38,289 nt of DNA, from contig ML002360.1 in assembly GCA_003614675.1 (NCBI GenBank), forward strand, positions 1-38,289, given 5' to 3'. The stretch's first letter is position 1; each line of letters opens with the position of its first letter. The position numbers and the translations under genes are program-made. Under the pieces are notes generated by a model, which made no database searches, was not told where the DNA came from, and saw only the letters and a program-made list of their open reading frames with translations. The stretch is from Dimargaris cristalligena. Taxonomy: Eukaryota. Of this stretch, positions 23,354 to 35,099 are shown in pieces.

Positions 23354-25144
23354 ATGGCCGCCAACAACGCCGGTTCCGACCTATTCGAGAGCTACGAACA
23401 GGACTACATTACCCTGGCCCAGGACATCAGCAAATCCATTCACTCGCTTATCCCCTCAGCGACAGGAGGTTCGTTCTATCCCAGACAATTTGTATAACGG
23501 GTTGAGATGCCGTAGAAGGAGAGGGCCTGCCCAACCTGAAATGGTGCTACCCGACCTTCCCCTCAGTATCCACGTTCTCTCCCCTGACTTCATCTCACTA
23601 ATGGTCGGCTTGAATTTGCGGGTTACGCCTATTTGGGGATGCTTTTATTTTCATAACACCTCCTATGTTTTATAGACGGCAAAAAGCAACAAATAAAGAC
23701 TGCTCAGCGCCAAATTGAGGAGGCCGACGAAATTGTAAGTGACGCTGCCCCTCTGTCTGTTCTCTCAGCCTCGACGCTCCTTTTCATGGGCACACTACAG
23801 GGCCTCTTGTACGGATGTTTCTTAGTATCACTCCGCCTATGCGGGTCTCCGGAAGAGGACACGTTGAATAGGCCCCCCCCCCGATGTCGGAATTCATTTA
23901 TTCTCATTTCAACCGTAGCACCACGGTCGCGACCCCGTCTCCCTCTGTTGGGCCAAAACTAATATACTATTCCCCCCATGTTTATCTCCCCATCTATACC
24001 CCCCGTTCCCAATTCACCCCCAGCTGGGCCAAATGGAAATCGAAGTGTTTAATACCCCCTTCTCCATCCGTAGTCGCCTACAGGCCCGCCTCCGAAGCTA
24101 CCGTACCGACCTCGACCAATTTCGCCGGGACCTGAAAAAAGCCGCCGCCGGCCATAACCAAGAGCGCCAGGAATTATTCGGCGACCGGACCGGTGGGAGT
24201 AGCGCGTTTTCACCCTCGGACCTCGATGGCGCCGCCATGGACCAGCGCACCCGTCTTCTGGCCGGAACTGAGCGCCTCAATGATAGTAGCCGGCGGCTGC
24301 AGGATAGCCATGTTCTGGCCCTCGAAACCGAGACGGTCGGGGCCGGAATTTTGGCCGATTTGCGTACCCAGCGCGAGCAAATTATGCACACTCGGGATAC
24401 AGTAAGTAGTGCCTAGCTGGGCCATTATATATATATATATATATATTGTAACCCTAATTCGCTTGAAAGAGAAGAGAGGAGAAGGATTCTGCTTACCGAA
24501 GATATCCGGAAAAACTTCTCCTTCACCCGTATCTCATCCTTAGTTTTGGATGGTGTGTGGCAGGTGGTTTTTACAGAATGATATGGCTTTTGCCAGTCTC
24601 CCCCTCATCAGTTCCAGCGTGTTGGTATCGTGCTATACCTGTGGATCTAGACAGTCTACTAATTCTTAATCGTTCGACTTTTCCCTCCTTCATAACCTGT
24701 TCCTTTAGTTAATGGAAGCCGACTCGCACATCGACAAGGCCCAGCGCACTATCAAGGCCATGGCTCGGAGGTAAGTCTCTTGAAGAATTGAGATAGAGTG
24801 ACCAATTGCTGATATGGTGGTTATTATCTCATCCTTACAATAACCTATATTCACCCACATAGTTATAACACCCCTCAATCTTTAATCCACTAGCGCGTTT
24901 CTTCTAACAATATTCACCTTACTGTTAATTTGACTATTTGACTATACCCTATGTTGGCTGTTTTGCCAATCTCGGCTACCCACGCACTCCTACTCTTTTA
25001 TACGAACAACACCATCTTATGGATGGTTTGCCTGGTGATCCAACCTTCAGAATGGCCACTAACCGCATGATTACGGCCGCCGTGATTATTTTTCTGGTTG
25101 GCCTAATCCTCGTGGTGCTTTACCTTAAACTGTCCCGCAAATAA
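23354..25144 (+). CDS. VTI1: Vti1-family Qb-SNARE; ~235 aa, 5 exons, C-terminal transmembrane anchor
   Basis: Exons 23354-23468, 23676-23734, 24024-24401, 24709-24770, 25051-25144. Motifs: LFESYEQDY, EEADEILGQMEIEV, DQRTRLLAGTERL..SSRRLQDS..LALETETVGAGILADLRTQREQI, and a hydrophobic tail. Confidence 0.93.
24426..24446. repeat. (TA)n microsatellite in VTI1 intron 3
   Basis: Perfect TA run. Confidence 0.85.
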
Positions 25145-25578
25145 TCTCTGTACCAGGCTGGGTATTTGTCGGATCTCCAATGTATAATTTCTATATCCTC
25201 ACACTTCTTTTGTTCGCACCCTTTCTAGCCGGACTTCTCCTCCCTCCCTCCTTTACTATATACCCCTTCCCATTATGTTTATTCGAGCCTTCAGCGTATT
25301 CCTTCAACCTCCTATATAATTTCAAATCATGTACTGTCCCAACACTGGTTTCACCGTGACCATTTTTTATAAAAACGTTATCCGAAAAATACAGAAATCC
25401 ATAAGGCCCGCGTTCCATGCTGACGGGATGGCCAATTGGCTCAAGGCTGGAAAAGAAATAGTAAAATAAAAGACGAAACGACCGAATTGGAATGAATCTC
25501 TCCACCAAGACGGCCGATTGGGCACGTAGGAGCAGAGTAAAGAAGGTGTGTGGAGCAGGCGGGGTAGTGGCAATACAT

Positions 25579-27073
25579 CTATTTCGATACATTTGGAAGC
25601 GTGTAAGTTAGGGCCATTTTATGGTCCGGACTGAGGTGAAGGGTCGTGTCGTTAGGCAGATACGTTTTACAGTCGTAGGTCGGGCTTTGGGAGAAATCTG
25701 CTACCCCAGAATGCCTCTTCAAAAATTCGGTCGCTTTGGTCCACTCGTTATTTTTAGCGCATCCAACTAAAAATTTGGCCATTGGGATAGTATGCCCTTC
25801 GAGAACACCTTGGGCCGTGATCTCTTGATCCAATTCCACCGCCACTGCGGCGGCCAGATGACGTGGCGTATAAAAACCGGGCATGTTCTTTTCTACCATT
25901 TCCAGGAAGCTCTTCAAACCATCGGCATTATCTCTAGCCACGAAGCCGAGGGCCAATGAGTTGACTAGCTGGCGTATAAAAGCCTGGCCGAACTCTTGGA
26001 CGGGAAATGATGTGTGGACGGGAACATGTGGGAATTGAAAAGCGGAATCGATGGTATACCGGTTCAGATAGTCCAGCTCGGTATTGGTCGATAGGGCGAT
26101 GAGAACCACATCACGCGGGTTCAATTGTTCAGCCATGAGTCGGCCCACTGTAAAGAGGGTATTGGGCACGTTCAGATATTCTAGCACAATTCGAAGAAAA
26201 TCCATGTCGTTCCGCTGGACGGCCGCTTGGAGGGGCGCCCAAATGGTCAGTTTATCGGCGGTAAATTCAGCCAAGTGACGCTGGAGGAAGGCATCCCGGT
26301 TGCTAAGTTGTTTCAGTCGGTCCTTGAATTCCACCACGATCTCCTCAGCGTTGGGATACCTGGTCTTTTGCCTGGCCGTCCCCACAAATTCACCCAACGA
26401 CGAATAACCGATCTTCGCGAGGGTTCCCGAGATATAGCTCTGGTAAAAATAGATGTTGGCTTCGGAATTCAACAATAGAGCTAAGCTCTTGAAAATTACC
26501 TCTAGAGGCACATCCGGGCTGGTTTTTGGGTCAACACTGCCTTTCAAGAGACCTTGGGCCTATTAAAGTAATAGTGATATCGTGAGGGAAGGGGGTGGGA
26601 ACGGGTGCATCGGTATTTAAATTAGCATTTTTAAAGACCGAGTAATTAAAGGATATGCCCAAGGGCCACCGTGACCCACGTACTATTAAGTAGTACGCAT
26701 TACTAGTATCCCCTAGTGATTGACCAGTAAACCACAGAGCAGACGGCGGGTCGGACTACATGGCTACATTATCTAAAGTATGGCTAGAGGGGCATATGCT
26801 CATGTCACTTAAATAAAGGTACATTATTCCCCATTATATATTTATGAATCCTGCACTTACCGAGAGCATACACTTTTGGCGATAACTGTAATCCAAATCG
26901 TTTAGTTTTCGGTCCGCAGAACGAAGTGCCAACATATCCGCAGCATTGCATTGCCGGAAAATTTCGAACATAACTTCGGTGGACTGGTCCTTTAAGCCGG
27001 CACCAGTGGTTGGAGTAGCCATCACCGCCGAAGTACTAACGGCCAAGGCCAGACAAAGAATAGAGGGATACAT
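25579..27073 (-). CDS. Putative secreted protein A: signal peptide + F-box-like motif + helical/ankyrin-like region; ~397 aa, 2 exons
   Basis: Exon 1 27073-26861 (GTAAGT donor), exon 2 26559-25579 (TAG acceptor, phase 0). N-terminus MYPSILCLALAVSTSAVMA-TP, then LKDQSTEVMFEIFRQCNAADMLALRSADRKLNDL. A possible extra intron (GTATCG at 25590 to ttccAG at 25447) would only change the ending VSK* to P*. Confidence 0.82.
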
Positions 27074-27245
27074 ATCTAAAGGATAGGAAGGGGGTGAAAG
27101 ACTAGGGTATTTTCAAGCGAAAAATAAATAAACTAAAAGTCGGAGGAGAATCTGAGGTGGTAGTGAATCAGGGTGTAGGTCGCCAACAGTTACTGTATCA
27201 AAAGAATGTGGGGATGAAGGAAGAATAAGGAGAAGGAGAAGTAGC

Positions 27246-27266
27246 TATATATATATATATATATAT
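27246..27266 (-). promoter_or_regulatory. (TA)n run in TATA-like position ~170 nt upstream of gene A
   Basis: An equivalent run occurs at the same distance upstream of gene B (30997-31023). Confidence 0.5.
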
Positions 27267-28505
27267 TAATATCCACATTATTTGAGGTTACTAAATATGA
27301 CTATCTCTTCACGCCGGCGTTGGGACTGGCGAAATGGCTCCCCGACCAGACCATATCGGAGGTGATTTTCCTTCATAGGGTCGACAGTGGGTTTACCTTA
27401 CCGAATACTCCCCTAACATCTAGCTGCCTATATTAATGGCGCAAAGCCATCGACTAATATTGCACGTAGTATTGGCCACCCTTGCAGCGAGCAGCCAATG
27501 GAAGAACACAAACCAACCCTGCTCTAGTATTCTTGTTCGACCATTGAATAACTATAGAACCATCACAGAATCGTCATCGGCCATACATAAAGGTTGTGCA
27601 CTGCATGGGCGACCTTTTCCCCCTCTTTAGTCCCCTTTATCCTCTGGTATTTTTAACACGCCAATTATATGTCGATGAATGTTCAAGAGTTCGACATGTA
27701 CTCCCCATTTTCACCCCAACCTGAGCAGGGGTGTTGCTGTACGTCCATAAAACACCATTGGCTAGAGTCGAGTAAAAATTTTTTAGTGCGATTCAAAATT
27801 TTTGAAGAAATACGAAAAGTGAATCAGGTGGGAACGCCAGTTTATTTCCTACAGAGTTCGTTTCTCTAAACACACCCTTTACCAGTCGGCCGAATTGGAC
27901 CTCCCCCAATTTAGACTGGCATGACGGGCTGAAAATACAGTGAATTATGTGATGAAGGACCTGCTTTATGTGGCCCTCATTCGTGGGTGAAGCCAAATAT
28001 ATACCATTGTATGCAACATATCTATATCCCAGCCCTTTTTAGCAAGAATCTAAATCAATTCGGTTAATGGTACCAGTTGCTACCGCTTTCACTTATATAG
28101 TTGAAAATTGCAGGTATAATATATGCAAGATTTGTCCTAGGTATATGAGATATTGGACAATACTTTTAGTGGAAATTCTAAAGGAATATCAATAAAACTG
28201 TATAGAAGGACAGAAAACAGCTAGAGGACGGTAGGTGCCTCTAGGTAGTTAGGTTTTTTGAATAGCATAGTCGACGGGGCATATTTTAAGTGGTTAAAAT
28301 GAGAGGGCAGGGTATAACTAAGTAAACCAATATGATTGGCCAGAAACAGGGGATAATACATTTACCATACTGTCACCTCCTGCTGGGTCTAAGGGAGCTT
28401 TAGAGAATATGGGTGCTGTAATATTAGGAAGCCTACCTATGTTTACAATGTCTCAGTATTAAAATGATAAGCCATTGTAATATGCCATGTCTGGTTGCTT
28501 ATTCA

Positions 28506-28922
28506 ATGGAAGCTGACTTACAGATTATCAAGGGCATGGTGCGGAGGTAAGTCTCTTGAAGAATTGATACAGTGGAGCTGTTTGCTAATAGGCTAACCAT
28601 TCTTTAATTCCTACAATACGCTATATTCACCCACATAGTTATAACACCCCTTAATCTTTAATCCACTGGTCCGTTCTTCTTACACAATTCACCTGGCCAT
28701 TTATTTGTTTTATATTTGAACATACCCCATGCCATCTGTTCTGCCAATCCTGGCTACCCACGCACGCCTACTCTTTTATACGAACAACACCATCTTATGG
28801 ATGGTTTGCCTGGTGATCCAACCTCTAGAATGGCTATTAACCGCATGATTACGGCCGCCGTGATTATTTGTCTGGTTGGCCTAATCCTCGTGGTGCTTTA
28901 CCTTGAACTGCCCCGCAAATAA
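28506..28922 (+). pseudogene. Duplicated 3' fragment of VTI1 (exon 4 remnant, intron, exon 5)
   Basis: Exons 28506-28546 and 28829-28922, splice sites intact (GTAAGT / cTAG). Has an 18-nt in-frame deletion relative to VTI1 and lacks VTI1 exons 1-3. Confidence 0.8.
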
Positions 28923-29356
28923 TCTCTGTACCAGGCTGGGTATTTGTCGGATCTCCAATGTATAATTTCTATATCCTCACACTTCTTTTGTTCGCACCCT
29001 TTCTAGCCGGACTTCTCCTCCCTCCCTCCTTTACTATATACCCCTTCCTATTATGTTTATTCGAGCCTTCAGCGTATTCCTTCAACCTCCTATATAATTT
29101 CAAATCATGTACTGTCCCAACACTGGTTTCACCGTGACCATTTTTTATAAAAACGCTATCCGAAAAATACAGAAATCCATAAGGCCCGCGTTCCATGCTG
29201 ACGGGATGGCCAATTGGCTCAAGGCTGGAAAAGAAATAGTAAAATAAAAGACGAAACGACCGAATTGGAATGAATCTCTCCACCAAGACGGCCGATTGGG
29301 CACGTAGGAGCAGAGTAAAGAAGGTGTGTGGAGCAGGCGGGGTAGTGGCAATACAT

Positions 29357-30829
29357 CTACTTCGATACATTTGGAAGCGTGTAAGTTAGGGCCATTTTAT
29401 GGTCCGGACTGAGGTGAAGGGTCGTGTCGTTAGGCAGATACGTTTTACAGTCGTAGGTTGGGCTTTGGGAGGACTTCTCTACCTTAAAATGCAACTTAAA
29501 AAATTTGGCCGCTTTAGACCACATATTTTTTTCGGTGCAACCAACTAAGTATTGGGCCATTGGGATTTCATGCCCTTCGAGAATACCTTGGGCCATGACC
29601 TCTTGATCCAATTCCACCGCCACTGCGGCGGCCAGATGACGAGGTGCATAAAATCTGGACATGTTCTTTTCCACCATTTCCAGGAAGTTCTTCAAATCAT
29701 CAGTATCACCGCTAGCCACGAAGCCGAGGGCCAGCGAGTTGACTAGCTGGTGAATGAAGGATTTTAAAAACCGGTCGTAGAATGGCATTAAGTAGTTGGA
29801 ATACACGGGATCATATCTGGTTAAATCCAGACTGTCCGCCCCAGTGATCAGTGCACCATGGCTGGCTAGGGCGGCAAATTTAACGTCATCCTCGTTCAAA
29901 TTTTGGGCTAGGCGAAGGCCCAGCATAATAGAAGAGGTGGGTAGGGTCAGGTAGTGGAGGACCCTATCGAGTATTGCCAAGTCCTTATTCATGACGGCCG
30001 ATTGGAGAGGTGCCGAAACCACTAGTCCCTTGGGAGTAAATTCAGACAAGGGACGTTGCGGATAGGCCCCACGGGCCCGTAATTGGTCCAATCGGTCCTT
30101 GAATCCCGCCACTGTCGCCTCGGCGTTGGGATACTTAGTCCGTTGGTGGGGCTTACCTTCAAATTTACCCATCTGCGAATAGCCGGTTTGCTTGAGGGTG
30201 CCCCGAATAAAGCGCTGGTAAAAATGAATGTGGGTCTCGGACTCCAGTAACACGGACAAATTCCCTAGAACTCCCTCTAATGACGATCTCAAATTGATTA
30301 TCGGGACACTACCTGTTCTCAAGGCGTTTTGGACCTATTATAGTTATGGCGATACGGGTGTGTATGAGTGTGGATTGTTTATTTGTGTTAGTATTTTTCA
30401 AAGTATAGGTCATTAAATGATATGTCAAGGACCACGCAATATTTGTACCCGCAGAGGCGTATATTTCTATTCTATATAGTGATAGGCCAGCGGTTTATGG
30501 CGCCCAGAGCAGGCTTGACTGCATGGCTACATCATCTAACGCACGCCTGGAGGAAATTACCATGTGCTGGTGAAATAGAATTGGATTATTTATCGTAATA
30601 CATTTACGCCACTTACCGAGACAACATAGTTATAGCGATAACACATGTCTATATTGTTCAATTCCAGGTTCGCGGAACGAAACTCCGACAAATCCGCAAC
30701 ATCGCATCGCTCGAGAATTTGGTGGATAACCTCGGTGGGTTTACCCGTTAGATGGCTGGCAGAGGTTGGAGCAGCTATAACCGTTGAAGTGCCAATGGCC
30801 AAGGCCAGGCAGATGATAGATGAGTACAT
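29357..30829 (-). CDS. Putative secreted protein B, paralogue of A; ~396 aa, 2 exons
   Basis: Exon 1 30829-30617 (213 nt, as in A), exon 2 30334-29357. N-terminus MYSSIICLALAIGTSTVIA-AP, then LTGKPTEVIHQILERCDVADLSEFRSANLELNNI. Last 37 aa are identical to A. Confidence 0.82.
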
Positions 30830-30996
30830 TTCTAAAGGAGAGGGGGATAGTGAGACACCGGGATAATTGTAGGTGAAACTAACAATTACCAGACAAGAAT
30901 CTGAGGTGGTAGTGAAATAGGGAGTATATCACCTATAGTTATATTGTATCCCAAGAATGTGGTGATGAAGGTAGAATGAAGGGGAGTTGAGGTAGC

Positions 30997-31023
30997 TATA
31001 TATGTATATATATATATATATAT
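30997..31023 (-). promoter_or_regulatory. (TA)n run in TATA-like position upstream of gene B
   Basis: Positional equivalent of 27246-27266. Confidence 0.5.
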
Positions 31024-32948
31024 CCACATTACTTGAAATCACTAAATCAATCTATGTTTTTGTGCCGACGCTGGGTGCGGCGAAATGCCCCCCCACCAGA
31101 CTATAGCGAAGGACGATGCTCATTTGAAGAGCCATCTATTTATCCCAAACGACATCTTAACATCTAGCTGGCTATACTAACGGTACCAAAATGCCGGTTA
31201 TTTTTACGCTGTATTGACCACCCTTGCGGTGAGCGGCCAATGAAGAACACACACCCTTCCTTCCCTAATATACTTGTTTGACTATTGCGTAACTATAGAA
31301 CTATCAGGGAATTGACCTTGACCATACATAAAGCTTGTGCACCGCATGGGCGGCCTTTTCCCCCTCGTTAGTCCCTTTAAGCCTTTGGCATTTGTGGCAC
31401 GTCTATTATATACCCAGGAGTGTTCAACTATTCAACATGTACTCCCTATTTTTACACCAGCTCTGGGTAATGGGCATTGCGGTACGCCGATATCCTACCA
31501 TTAGTTAGAGTAGAGTAATATTTTTTTAGTTCGATATAAATGATTTCAAGAGATTCATATCTTAATGTGGGAATGGCTGCCTCTTTTATCCCGTAGAGTT
31601 CGTTTATCTAAGAATATTATATATCATACAGCTAAACTGTACCTGTTAGGCATTGGGGTGACAGGCTAATATAGGGGAGGAACGATTGAGTTTTGCTATG
31701 AAGTATCCTTTTCTATGAGATCTGTAGTAGCGGGTAAATCTTAAAACCCCAACCATTTTACACGGCTGATATATAATTTGCTCGTGTTTAACAAGGGCCT
31801 GGATATCTGAGATTAGCTGTTCCCTCATTATCTTCTGCGAAGACTGTTAGTTACCACTAGATTCACTTATGAAGATATTAAATGCAAGCACAATACAAAT
31901 ATGAAAGAGATTCAATCAGCGAGAATAACGAAATGTCCGTCTGATGGGATGGGTAATGGTGGGTAGCAATAAATACACCACACATTTGATTATATCCCAA
32001 TCAGGTAAACCCTTATACAGGGGGGGGGCTGAATTTCCAACATATCTTATTTAACCAGTCTAGGCATCATATACCTTACACCCATATAATAGATATCCCT
32101 ATTCAATATGGCTATAGGAGTTGTCTTGACTGGGAAGAGAGACAACACTATGTGGGTGGGGAAATAGTTAAACGGACGCAGCCAAACCATGACCAAGTCC
32201 TGGGGGGTGGACTGTCCATCGGGTGGGCAATACATGATCAAGCTATGACTGGTATTTTTGGGGGGGCCTTCGTTTAAACCATTACGGATCCATTCGCCTC
32301 CAGCCCTCATAAAAGCCTTGATTCGACCCAATGTTCTTCCATTGCTACGTTCTTCTGTATGTTGACGGTGTGTAAATGTAAGGCATATCCCCCCTAACCG
32401 GTAAGATATATGCGCATGCTGACCTAACAGGTTGCAACCTCATTATGCTCCACTAATTCAGGGGATACGGCGTGAGATTATTTAAATTGGATAGCCTGTA
32501 CTAGGCCCGATTAATAATCTAAACTAAAGATTAGATGTGCATTGTGATCTCTCAATGGAATACCACAACGTGAATATGGATGGGAAAACAAACTTAAACA
32601 GAGTAAGGGTTTTATTATTCAATGGACCAAAATGCAGCAAGGTCAGGGAAGACTAGGTTGCAAAGATGCAGCGAAAGACCGGTATAGGGGAGGTTATAAA
32701 ATAAAACCCCCAGGCACCGAGAAGTTTAGCTAATAATTTAGAACCTATCCCCCCTTGCCAGGCCGAAGGGACGCGGAAGTCCATACACATTAAAGAAGAT
32801 ATTCCCCTGAGCCAAGGCGATGATAAATGATGGGGGAGGGGAACATGCAACAGGCCAGGAAATGTACAACATCGATGGATAGTCGTAACCACTAATGTGA
32901 GAGTGAATGATGGAGAGAGGAAAGCAGAATGAGGTTGGTAAAAAGAAT

Positions 32949-33658
32949 TTACAACTTAACCTCCTTGAGACCATCCTTGAGCATGATCAGGTAGGGGGTG
33001 ACACCATCTTCACGGAAGTTCAGGAGGGCGACCATGCCGTCGGGGTTCATGGATTCACCGACGTAGAAGTCGTAATCCTTGATGTTGGCAACGACCTTCT
33101 TCACCAGCTTAGTGGCACCAGCCTCGAAGATGGGGATGCGTTCGGGGTTGGTCTCCTGGAGCTTAGCCTTGATGGCCTTCAAGTAGCCGCGGATGTAGGT
33201 CATGTAGCTCTTCTTGTCAAAAGAAGAGGCGTTGAGGCGGAACGAGTGGACCACATTGTTCACCTGAATGGCACCCTCTTCGAGAGCCTCGTCTTCACCA
33301 CCTTCGGCGGAAGGATTGGCACCAATGTCCACATCGGCACCGGGCTTGACGGTCACCATAGCGCAGTCAACCTCGACGATGGCATCATCGATGACGGTCA
33401 TGGGGAAGGCGTCGGAGACCATCTCGTCGCCTGGATGGAGTGGGCAGTGAAGTGAAGTGAAGTGAAATGAAGAGATGAGATAATTAGCATTGGACCAGAG
33501 TGGGTGAGTGATAGATAGATAGAGGAGCTGGAGAGGTGCCCCTTTCTTTCATCTGGGGGAGTTCCCCTCGGTCTACTTTTTCGGGAGATCAAGTAGTAGC
33601 ATAGGTGGAGAATATTGCTTTTCAACTTACCAGTAAGAATATCGGTGTACAGCAGCAT
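32949..33658 (-). CDS. TMA19: Translationally controlled tumour protein (TCTP/Tma19); 169 aa, 2 exons
   Basis: Exons 33658-33631 and 33430-32949. Motifs: MLLYTDILTGDEMVSDAF, DIGANPSAEGG, FDKKSYMTYIRGYLK, FYVGESMNPDGMVALLNFREDGVTPY, KDGLKEVKL. Confidence 0.97.
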
Positions 33659-35099
33659 GGTGAAAGAGTAGAGGTAGTAGAGTGGGGAATCTAACAAAAA
33701 GAGTAGATGAACAGGCCGAAGAAACGGAAGAATAGACTAACAAAACTCAACGGAAGTAAGGCAAGAAACAAAAAAGCCGGCGGGGGTGGTGGTGGGGGGT
33801 ATAGCCCCTGCCAGCGTTGGGTCTCTTCTACAAAATGAGTGTGAGTGTGTGATACCACAAATTCCATTTTTTTTTTTCACCTCTCACACTCAACCTACTG
33901 CCAAATAGCTCTATAACTATATGGCCAATGCAAGCAATACAATAATGGGGCTGTTTCAGCCGAACCACCAATACAAACGCATACAAGGTAAACACTGCCA
34001 AAGGGCGCATTTACTCTTGCTGGTATGGTCAATACAACGAGTCTGTGTAGATTATAGCCAACCACGATATAATATGTCCCATGAAAAAAAAAATCCCCCA
34101 AATGGGAAGGGTTGGGACTGCCGGGGACTGATTGGTCCACACGGTATTTGGGTTTCCCATAATTGCACGTCGTGGTCCCACCCCGTCGAGCCCGTAAAAC
34201 AGCCAGGGAGAGGATCAATGGTGGTCTATACTGATTGAGCCGCATCATTATATACTACTATACCCTGGGACGTGCATGTTTGGTGTGTGAGCCATACAGA
34301 AGCGCCGCCACTCTCCCTCATTCTCATTCCCAGGTGGTTTGGCGGTCGTCTGTTATTCTGTATCGAACGGACGAAGAAGGAAGGGTCTCTATCGAGGGCA
34401 GTACTTGTCGAAGCTGATTGATTCTTCGTTGGGTATCGGGTCTACTACGAGGGCACTTGCCGCCCCCCCCTTTTCCACAGCGTGCCTGTTATATTTTTCT
34501 ATAGGCTACACGGAAAATGTAAAAGGCCGTATAGTAATGCAGCTAGTACTCTGCACTAAGTGGGCAGCGGGACTATCATCGATCGCATGTCGAGGCAACT
34601 GGTGTTTGCAGCTGCCGAGTCACTACTACTCCTACATGTTCTGGGCCCGTTGCGCGGCACATGGGTGGGTGTAGGTCTACATCTACATTTGTCTTTCAAT
34701 TCTCCTCCTCTTCCACTCTTTTCTTCGAGCTTCTCTTTCCGCGGGGCGAAACTACAGCTGCATCCCCTCTCCGCTTACATATCCGCCCCCCCCATTTTCG
34801 GGCCTAGCTCGACCTGCCACGGTAGATTGTATGCGGTAATGGTCTACTGCCCACTACACTGCTGTCCTTCTCTCCTCTTCCTCTCCCCCTCTTTACCGCT
34901 TTGTCACCTTATTCAGTAGAGTCCGCGCAAGCTGCACGCTCCTAGCCCATTCTTTCTCTCTCTTTCTCTAACTATCTCTTCTACTCTCGGTCCCTTTTAT
35001 TCTCTTACGGCTTCTTCTTTCAACCTTTTAACGTATATCTATATATCTGTCTGTAACTCTACTTAACGCATCCCTCCACCTCTATACACTGCATCCACC

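Larger units (their letters stand above)
24709..27870 (+). repeat. Tandem segmental duplication, unit 1 (VTI1 exons 4-5 + secreted-protein gene A + its upstream region)
   Basis: Colinear with 28503-31612 at an offset of about 3.75-3.8 kb. Shared anchors: aatggaagc(c/t)gact at the left end and agagttcgttt(c/a)tctaa at the right end. Confidence 0.9.
28503..31612 (+). repeat. Tandem segmental duplication, unit 2
   Basis: Colinear with 24709-27870. Confidence 0.9.

Noticed and set aside
25191..25592. 133-aa minus-strand ORF repeated at 28969-29370
   Set aside because: Its conservation is explained by the near-identical duplicated tract. It lies in the 3' region of genes A/B, includes a polypyrimidine tract, and the visible splice sites do not join it in frame.
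31703..31712. GTATCCTTTT, resembling a U12-type 5' splice site (also ATATCCTTT at 17582)
   Set aside because: Not at any exon boundary on that strand; all modelled introns are U2-type GT-AG.
32907..33455. 182-aa plus-strand ORF
   Set aside because: Antisense shadow of the codon-biased TCTP gene.
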